A stretch of 64,000 nt of DNA, taken from contig OZ024740.1 of NCBI GenBank assembly GCA_964016885.1, forward strand, positions 258,974,001 to 259,038,000, read 5' to 3'. The stretch comes from Eledone cirrhosa (taxonomy: Eukaryota). Below are positions 55,416-64,000 of this stretch, piece after piece. A program made the position numbers and the translations under genes. Below the pieces are notes generated by a model. It had not been told where the DNA came from. It worked only from the letters and a program-made list of their open reading frames with translations, and made no database searches. The stretch's first letter is position 1; every line of letters starts with the position of its first letter.

Positions 55416-56686
55416 ATTACCTTACCGCTACTTACGGCTGCCTTGGACTTCGCCGAAACACTTGCGCCCATCACCGACCAGGAAAGAAACATCATCCTCC
55501 ACGCCAGGAAGACAGTCCTACCCTTCGACAACTCCAAATGGATAAAGGGAGCTCCCGACTCACCCTTCGACGTCAGCATGGGCACGACGGATTCGGCTGA
55601 GGTCACAGATCTTATAGGATTATTCCTACTAGCTAAACTCACCGATATGTTTCCTGCATTCGGCGGTGGATTGTACCGTGATGATGGGCTCCTTACCCTT
55701 AAAGGGTACAACCCCAGTAGTACAGACCGGATCCGTAAACAATTAATCAGCTTCTTCCGCGACTGGGGATTTAAAATAACCCTACAAACGTCCCTGACCC
55801 AAGTAAACTTCCTGGACGTTACCTTTGACCTCGATAATGATCTGTACTACCCATACAGGAAACCCAACGACAACCTGCACTACATCCACCGCCGGTCAAA
55901 CCATCCTAGGAACATCACCAATAACCTGGTTAAAAACATCTCCCTCCGCATATCTCGTTTGCCCGCTAATGAGCAGATATTCGAGGAACATGCGACTTAT
56001 TACCACCAGGCCCTCAAGCGGAGTAGTTTCCAAGGTGAAAACTCCTATCGGGAAAATCTTCTTTAGGCTCATTGAAAAACACTTCCCACTACAACACCGC
56101 TACCACAACATAATTAACAAAAATACCATCAAACTCTCCTGCAGCACCACACCAAACTTTGCACAAAACATCGTCTCCTCTAACAACAAAAAACTCAACC
56201 CTATGGAAGAAATAACCTAAATAGCAATGGAGAGCCGACCAGGAGGTGCAACTGTCCTGATGGATCCATTTTCCCCCTCGACAACAGATGCAGAGATCGT
56301 AATGTGATCTACCAGTGCAACGTGAGGACGGACACCTCCAACAAAGCCTATATAGGATTAACGGCATGTGATTCAAGACCCGGCTATACCAACACAGACA
56401 TACCTTCCGAAACCCGGCCCGGCGTCACGCCACTACACTTTCGGGCCACATCTGGGACCTCAAGGATAACAATATTACCTATTATCTCACTTGGAGCTTA
56501 CTGTCCAGAGCCAACTCTTACACGGGAGGACGCCGTCCATGCAAATTATGCTCGGAGGAAACTTTACAAATGCTGTTTTCGACGGACCAACTCCTAAACA
56601 AGAAAGATGAACTGGTAACTGCATGCAAACACAGATTGCGTAGGACTTACCTCGCCCTCAAAACCCTTAATGACCCGGGGGGGTAG
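55416..56686 (+). pseudogene. PLE reverse transcriptase and GIY-YIG endonuclease (frameshifted, internally deleted)
   Basis: FDVSMGTTDSAEVTDLIGLFLL, GLYRDDGL, VNFLDVTF, PYRKPN, SNHP, NKNTIKLS, CNC, VIYQC, YIGLT, LSGHIWDLK, CKLC, LLNKKDELVTACKH. Confidence 0.92.
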
Positions 56687-57837
56687 ACAAGGACTATAAC
56701 ACCCCACTTGCCGACTTTGTAATGGGTAACCCCTGCTTGCAAAGATAGACGTAAGATCTTCTTTTATATCTTATTATCGCTTCCTCTATATTTCCTTCTC
56801 CCCCCCCCCCATCCCTCCCTAATCCTTCCACCCCAGTCCTCTTTCTTTGTCGTCGTCCTTTTCACTTTCTCGCCCACCCGAGGCAGCCCCTCGGTCCTTT
56901 GTAGCCTCAGTACCCCCACCCCCATACCCTATTCTATGATAGAATTGGCTGACTCCGCTTTTTATAGCAGATGTGATAGACCCCGGATACTTGCCTTCTT
57001 ATCCGATGACTGCCCCTTTTCCGTGCTTTCTACATTTCTTAGTGGTATCTTTGCTTTAATTTCTCGTATATCAGTATTTATTTTTTGGGGGGCGGGGGGG
57101 GGGGGTCTGAATTAATTTTCCGTAACAAATTTTTCATATACTTCGTACGAGCATTTATGTAGTTTGCACTAGAATTTTTGTATCGTAGCGGCACCCTTAG
57201 AGATAGTATTAGTATTCGTTTTCGGGATTCTGAATTATTATTTCGTATTAGTTTATTTTTTGCACTGGGTGGTTGCTGGCCTTGTGCCTAGGGTAGAAAC
57301 CATTATTTCCTATTAGTCTCGGGACTCTGAATTATTATTTCGTGGTAGTTTCTTTAGTATTTTGGCCCCCCACTTGTTGACCCGTCACCGTAAGATATAC
57401 TCGGTTGATTACTAATACCTCTTAAAAGGGTCTCATTATAATTCCGTCCCACCTAGTAAACCTTTCTTTAGTCTAGCAGCACGAGTGAGAGACTTGATAG
57501 CTGTCCTTAGGTTATAGTAACCAGAAATTGTTTTTTTTATATTTAATTGTTTTTTTAACATTCTCGGTATTTTTCTATATATTTACCCTATATTGTTTTT
57601 CTTATTGTTTCGACATCCTCCCCCTCATCCTCCCTAGTATACTTCCTTGACCTCCTTCCTTGCTGTAGTTGGCACTATCAACGCACGACTGGGTTTCCTC
57701 CACCCCCTCTCCCTCTTTCTTCTACTGGCAGGTTCAGCTACCCCTTCCTTCCACAAATTGCCATGATAGAATTATGTGTCTCAACAACAAACTTTTGACC
57801 AATCCTTGTGACAATCACTTTTACCATATATGGAATT

Positions 57838-57933
57838 ACCCCCTGAGAAGCTCGGCTATTCATATACCAGGATAAAAATTTTCATTTAGTCCAGAGTTAG
57901 CCGTCGAAACGGCTTGAGCTCAGCCGTCGGGGT
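57838..57933 (+). ncRNA. HHR with non-canonical CUGAGAA core
   Basis: acccc-CTGAGAA-gctcggcta...tagccgtc-GAAACGGCT-tgagctc-AGCCGTC-ggggt. Mirror copy at 55276-55371. Confidence 0.7.
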
Positions 57934-57935
57934 CC

Positions 57936-58025
<90 letters not shown>

Positions 58026-58163
58026 TTAGTTAAGCAAAACAAGACCACAAATTTCACAAGGAAGACATTATTAAAAGATTGGCTTCTAACTAACTCACCG
58101 ATCTCTCCTCTCATATCTCCTCTACTATCTCCGTCTCTCTCTTTAAGATTGGTTACTCTTGAA

Positions 58164-58235
<72 letters not shown>

Positions 58236-58241
<6 letters not shown>

Positions 58242-58923
58242 ATGAGAAGAAAGAAGAATGCTGCGTGGTTGCACATGGGTTACATATGATAAAAATAGTC
58301 CTTCGTCAGTGATTTTCCAACTATCATTGGTATTTCATCGCATTAAAAATCATATACCTCAGGTTGGTGCGAGCAATAACTAAAAAAAGTTATTGGGACA
58401 AGTAAATCACGTAAAGCGCGGGGGACAAGTAAACAACATAGAAGGATAAAAGCAAACCAAAGATAGGAAAAAAACAAGCAACATTGTTGTCCGGTCAGCA
58501 TAAGCTGGGTGGATTTCATGAGCGAAAGGTACAGACCGTCCGACGTGAGTCAGATGTAAGCAAGAAGAGACCCACTGTAAGCCAAACGGGAGGAAATGTG
58601 AAGGCGAAAAACAGAGAGTGAGTGAGTGGAAGTGCGAGGAAGCGGTCAGTCGAGAGAAAGTGTAACTGACAGAGGGGGCGAAAGAAGGTGAGAGAAACAG
58701 AGAGAACGAGGAGGCAGTAAGAGAGAAACAGACAAACGCAGCCGAGGTAAATATATATATAAAAACATAAGAAGAAAGAAGAATACTGCGTGGTTGCACA
58801 TGGGTTACATATGATAAAAATAGTCCTTCGTCAGTGATTTTCCAACCATCATTGGTATTTCATCGCATTAAAAATCATATACCTCAGGTTGGTGCGAGCA
58901 ATAACTAAAAAAAGTTATTGGGA
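58236..58923. repeat. ~165-bp direct repeats (58236-58399 / 58762-58923) around a purine-rich spacer
   Basis: Near-identical aagaaagaagaat...aaaagttattggga blocks. Confidence 0.9.
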
Positions 58924-58985
58924 TAAGAATAAAAGAAACCACCATTAAATAACATTAAAATTATTTAATTGATTGACGATCGTTT

Positions 58986-59021
<36 letters not shown>

Positions 59022-59031
59022 TATATATACA

Positions 59032-59258
<227 letters not shown>

Positions 59259-59327
59259 TTATTTATATATATATAAGAATAAAAGAAACCACCATTAAAT
59301 AACATTAAAATTATTTAATTATTTAAT

Positions 59328-59517
59328 AGGGCGGTGGATTGGCAGTATCGGTAGAGAGTCGGATGCCATGCTTTCCAGCATAGTTACGTCCCTTTGCGGT
59401 CTGAGTTCAAATCCCGCCGAGGTTAACTTTGCCTTTCATCCTTACGGGGTCGATAAAATAAAGTACCAGTAATGTACTGTGTAATTGATGGCCCTGTGCC
59501 AAAAGTAGAAACAATTA
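59328..59517 (+). mobile_element. Full-length tRNA-derived SINE
   Basis: Homolog of 10640-10826, flanked by aattatttaat-type repeats (possible target-site duplication). Confidence 0.85.
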
Positions 59518-60124
59518 AAATTATTTAATTGACTATTTAATTAATTTGATCAACACAACAGGGATATTCATTTCTTCTGTTTTGATTTCTTCAGAATCTA
59601 CCAAATAACATAAATATTTACCAAACACATGTCCAAATATTTCAAGTCCCAATATTATATATATATATATTCTTTACGTTGTATGGTTAGATAACAGGTA
59701 GCTGGATTAGTGAGCTAGTCGTTCCGATTAGCAAACCGTGGTGAAATAATCAAGAAAAGCACTCAACATTATGTTATCTTCCATCATAGATATGGTATCT
59801 CGTGGGTGGTACAGGAGTTAAGTACTTCAATGAAAACTATGTGAAGGCCCGATTCCAATAACTTCTTTTATTATTTTATTTTATTATATTCCAGCCTTCA
59901 CTTGTTTTTCATTGAAGTCTGTGTGTGTATATATATAGAGAGAGATAGATATAGATATATATATGTAAATAAATATACACGGGTGTGTATGATTGTTTAT
60001 AAAAGATTATATTAATAAAAGGAATTCCAACTTTGTCTGATTAACTCGTTTTATTTACAATCCTTTAAAATTATAATTATATTATAATGAAATAGTATGG
60101 TAGAATATTAAATGTTAATTGAAC

Positions 60125-61370
60125 ATGATGTGTTTTTTAATTTTTATATGTATTCAAATATACTCTCGTCTTATCTATATATATATATGGAAGGTGTATG
60201 TGTGTGTTTGAAAACAATGTTGTCTCTGATCGAGATAAGACGAGAGTATATTTGAATACATATAAAAATTAGAAAACACATCGCTAGAAGAGCCGTTAAA
60301 ACAGACAAATGCTGTCAAAGAATGCCTCAGAGGATAGAGATCAGCTGCCAGTGGTCAACAGAGAGACAATCTACAAGGTGTGGGACAGGCAGATGAAATA
60401 TAGAAAACATTGAAATAGGAGGGGGACAAGGAGAAGTGTGTTGGCGCACAGAAGTCACCGGAAGAGGAAATAAAGAAAGGTGATGTACAAGTCAAGTTTA
60501 CACACACACTTATCTTCACCCCCATCAGCTCTCAAACAAGCAAAATGGTTTAGCACGATTTAATTGAGAGTACCATTTTAAAATGCTGAATCGTACATTG
60601 GAAAAATAAATCTTTCTGCTGCTATAACGTGTGTGGTAAAAGAAACAGCAGAGATAGAAGGACGACAGAAAACAAAGAAAAGAATAGTAATAAAGGACCT
60701 CAAAGTGGGATATCTATCCTAAATAGAAAACTAATTATAGCTATGATAAAGTTAAATGGAAAAAACAATATTGTCTCTGATCGAAACGAACCGAAATGGT
60801 TTTTGAATACACATAAACATGAGAAACCTGATCGCTAGAACAGCCGTTAAAACACACAAATGCTATCAAAGACAGTGATGGGCAAAAATGCCTCAGAGGA
60901 GAGAGACCAGCGGCCAGTGCTCAACAGAGAAATAATCCACAAGGTGGAGGACAGTCAGGTGAAATATAGGAAACATTGAAAGAGGAGGAAGATAATTAGA
61001 AGTGTGTCGGCGCACAGAAGTGACCGGGAGAAGAAATAAAGATTTATTTTTCGGTTGCACGATCCAGCATTTTAAAATGGTATTCTCAATTAAATCGTGC
61101 GAAACCATTTTGTTTGTTTGAGAGCTGATGAAGATGAGTGTGTGTAAACTTGTTTTGTACATCGTCTTTCGTTATTAACTCTTCCTGTAATTCTGTTCGT
61201 CAACACACTTTTCCTGTCCTTCCCCTCTTTCAATCTTTTCTATATTTTATCTGCCTCTCTCCCACCTTGTGGATTGTCGCTCTGTTCTCCGAGACATGTT
61301 TGCCTATCACTGTCTTTGACAGCATTTGGTTGTTTTAACGGCTGTTCTATTGCTGATTTTTCTCAATTCC

Positions 61371-61375
<5 letters not shown>
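60125..61375. mobile_element. Nested direct and inverted copies of one interspersed repeat
   Basis: Copies at ~60205-60615 (+), 60765-61040 (+) and 61040-61375 (-). Short inverted arm 60128-60176 / 60233-60281. Confidence 0.75.
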
Positions 61376-61440
<65 letters not shown>

Positions 61441-62057
61441 TAATACTTGGGGAGGGTCATATTGTTATAATATTGCCGGAAATAATAACAGAACACACTC
61501 ACTGTTTGGTTTGGGTTGGTATATCTTCTGTATCTTTTATATCTCCATAGTTAATTTATCTGGCAATCAATGTTTATCATTAACGGTTAAAAATACAGAT
61601 ATAAATATATATATATATATAAATATATATATAGTCTAACAAAGTTCTTTCGTCACACATCTGTGACATCATCAGTGGTACTATCATGTTTCCTCCCATT
61701 GTATTGTAATGCCTACGCCATTTTTATTTTATTTACTTACGCACACAAAGAAAAATCAGAGAAGAAAAAATTGTGCATTTATGATTTTGACCGAGAGACG
61801 AACGAAGCAGTGTGCCGCTACACTGCTTCGTCGTCTCTGAGTGAAGCTGCCTGGGTCAAGCTAAGTTCTATGCACTCACGGACAGTATACAACATATGGG
61901 GGAGGGGGACTCATGACCATATCTAGTAGAGAAAATTTTGGTTTAAAAAATTTTAGAAGCCAGAGTTAGGATTAATTTTAGAAATTGGAAATTAAAACTG
62001 AGTGTTTAAAAGTTTTTTGAAGCTTAATCAAATAAGTAGAGTTCGCACAGTTGACTG

Positions 62058-62139
<82 letters not shown>

Positions 62140-62140
<1 letters not shown>

Positions 62141-62570
62141 GAGGTATCCACTGTAAGTTGTGGGGTCTATTCTGTATGAAGAACTCAATGTAATCCATAT
62201 GTTGAAAATGTTGTAGGTTAAGATCAATCTCAGAAAACAATAAAACATTAAAAGGAAAACAGAGTCATTATATAAGTTAAAACAATGAAATAAAAAATCA
62301 AGTCATTAGAGAAACAGCTGGTGATATGCATGTAAGTAAATATTCTCTCTATCTGAAAGTTTGTAAACTTACATAGATCAATAACTGAGTATAGATACAA
62401 TGTATTATTACCATCTAGAAACGATCGTAAAGCAATGAAGTATATCTCTAATGACTTGATTTTTTATTTCATTGTTTTAACTTATATAATGACTCTGTTT
62501 TCCTTTTAATGTTTTATTGTTTTCTGAGATTTATCTTAACCTACAACATTTTCAACATATGGATTACATG
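62140..62570. mobile_element. Fold-back PLE-like terminus related to 1210-2116
   Basis: Arms 62189-62312 / 62445-62568; ctagaaacgatcgtaaa at ~62415-62431; gaagaactcaatgtaatcc tail. Confidence 0.8.
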
Positions 62571-63539
62571 CTCACGGTTACAGATTGGACAATAATACAT
62601 ACCCACCATTAAAGGGCCTACACACATCCTCTGGTTTTTGCTATTCTTTGTTATTTTATTTTGCTTATTGTGTTGGATAACACATCTCCACCACTCAAAC
62701 ACCTATCTTAAAAGCCCAAGGGCCCATATGGCGGGACATCGCACATACTTGACACCTTAACCCAAATACCCAACCCTACACAGAGCCCCTTGGTGGCCTA
62801 CATAGCGGTTGCTTGCACGCACAGATTTGGGGACTCAGATTCTCAATGGGACAACGGCACTTACTGAGTTAGATATGAGCTGACTACTTGCTCTTCACAT
62901 GGATGTGTATATACCAAACATACACATTTTGGGACGATACGGATGTGTATATAGCAAAACATACACTATTTGGAGATACGGATGTTACAATTCAATCTAT
63001 ACACGTATAGCCGAACATTGAACTGAACTTACTTGCGTGCGTATAGGGTTGCGGTTGACCCAATTTTTCCAATTTACATCGTCAAATTGAGATTTGACCA
63101 ATATAACATTTGTTGTTTTGTAAACTAACTTTCGGTGAATACTATGTTGGTATATTTATATTTTTTTCTCTGACCTCGCGTCGGTGTGTGTGAGTGTGTG
63201 TGTACTCACTCACACTAACTGTGACCGTCTATAGTTCTACAGATTCGATGCTATGTTGGTATATGTATATATCTTTTCTTTAACCTCGCGTCAGTGTGTG
63301 TGATTGTGTGTGTACCCACTCACATTAACTGTGACCGCCTGTAATTCTACAGATTTGATTGATGTCCAGCGTCTTTTACAGCTATTGGGAGATAGAGACT
63401 TGATAGTTTTATGACCCTAACTGAAGACGATAAAAGTCGCCGTGTTTTGACTGCTTGATCTTCATATGAAGGACTAAACTCTGTGAGTGAACATCGTTAA
63501 TTTTCTCCCTCATATCAAGGATTTGAAGACAATTCATTT

Positions 63540-63613
63540 TCACCTGACGAGATCAGTGATAATCGATCATGGCTACACGATCGATCTATCTCTTATTGAA
63601 ACATGTGTCGTGA
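63540..63613 (+). ncRNA. Type I HHR with extended stem II
   Basis: tcac-CTGACGA-[47 nt]-GAAAC-atgt-GTC-gtga, about 45 nt before a (TA)n/(TG)n tract. Confidence 0.7.
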
Positions 63614-63687
63614 TTAAAATGATTGGAAATTTATACCATGCCTTCGGATCTTTATTTTGATATATATATATATGTGTGTGTGTGTCT

Positions 63688-63729
<42 letters not shown>

Positions 63730-63740
63730 TTGTCTGTGTA

Positions 63741-63787
<47 letters not shown>

Positions 63788-64000
63788 TTATAAATGAAGT
63801 ATTTCCGTAGGAAAGGAAAAGGAAAAGAGAGTGCTCTATGTAGGCTACAGAGCTTTGTAGTTATGTATTAAATATATATTTCATATTATTTCTTCTGATT
63901 AAATAAATATTTCATATTATTTCTTCTGATCAATGAAGACAGACATAAATATCTGTCTTCAAGAAACCACTGGTAAATGAAATAATTATCTGATGTTGTT

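Larger units (their letters stand above)
55183..57938 (+). mobile_element. 5'-truncated Naiad-like Penelope-like element with inverted 5' pLTR, in (TA)n
   Basis: 55272-55416 is the reverse complement of 57793-57938. RT plus GIY-YIG, then a ~1.1-kb 3' UTR. (TA)n on both sides. Confidence 0.92.

Noticed and set aside
61096-61136. GAAAC...CTGATGA as a type II hammerhead
   Set aside because: Stems I and II cannot be paired.

Overview
Eukaryotic, very AT- and microsatellite-rich, apparently intergenic or intronic DNA. The SINE types and (TA)n density suggest an octopus (cephalopod) genome, which is an inference. No host gene could be supported. Recognisable content: a near full-length but mutated Tx1/L1-type LINE in an (ATT)n tract (10851-16624); several Penelope-like elements (PLEs) of Neptune-like and Naiad-like type, two with an inverted pLTR at the 5' end; a Helitron Rep/PIF1-helicase relic split into opposite-strand halves; an RTE 3' end; tRNA-derived SINEs; and two large stop-poor minisatellites (42 bp x ~118, 57 bp x ~48). 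The most notable hidden layer is about 20 hammerhead-ribozyme (HHR) motifs from many unrelated sequence families, found by eye. Most lie in short non-coding fold-back modules between (TA)n tracts, with both 3' ends pointing outward. They include U3-A8 core variants, ~70-100 nt stem II inserts and compensatory stem changes. Unrelated families also share a short T(T/C)GAGYNCT box, usually ~35-65 nt from the (TA)n junction on the longer arm. All motifs and coordinates were read manually and are approximate to a few bases.
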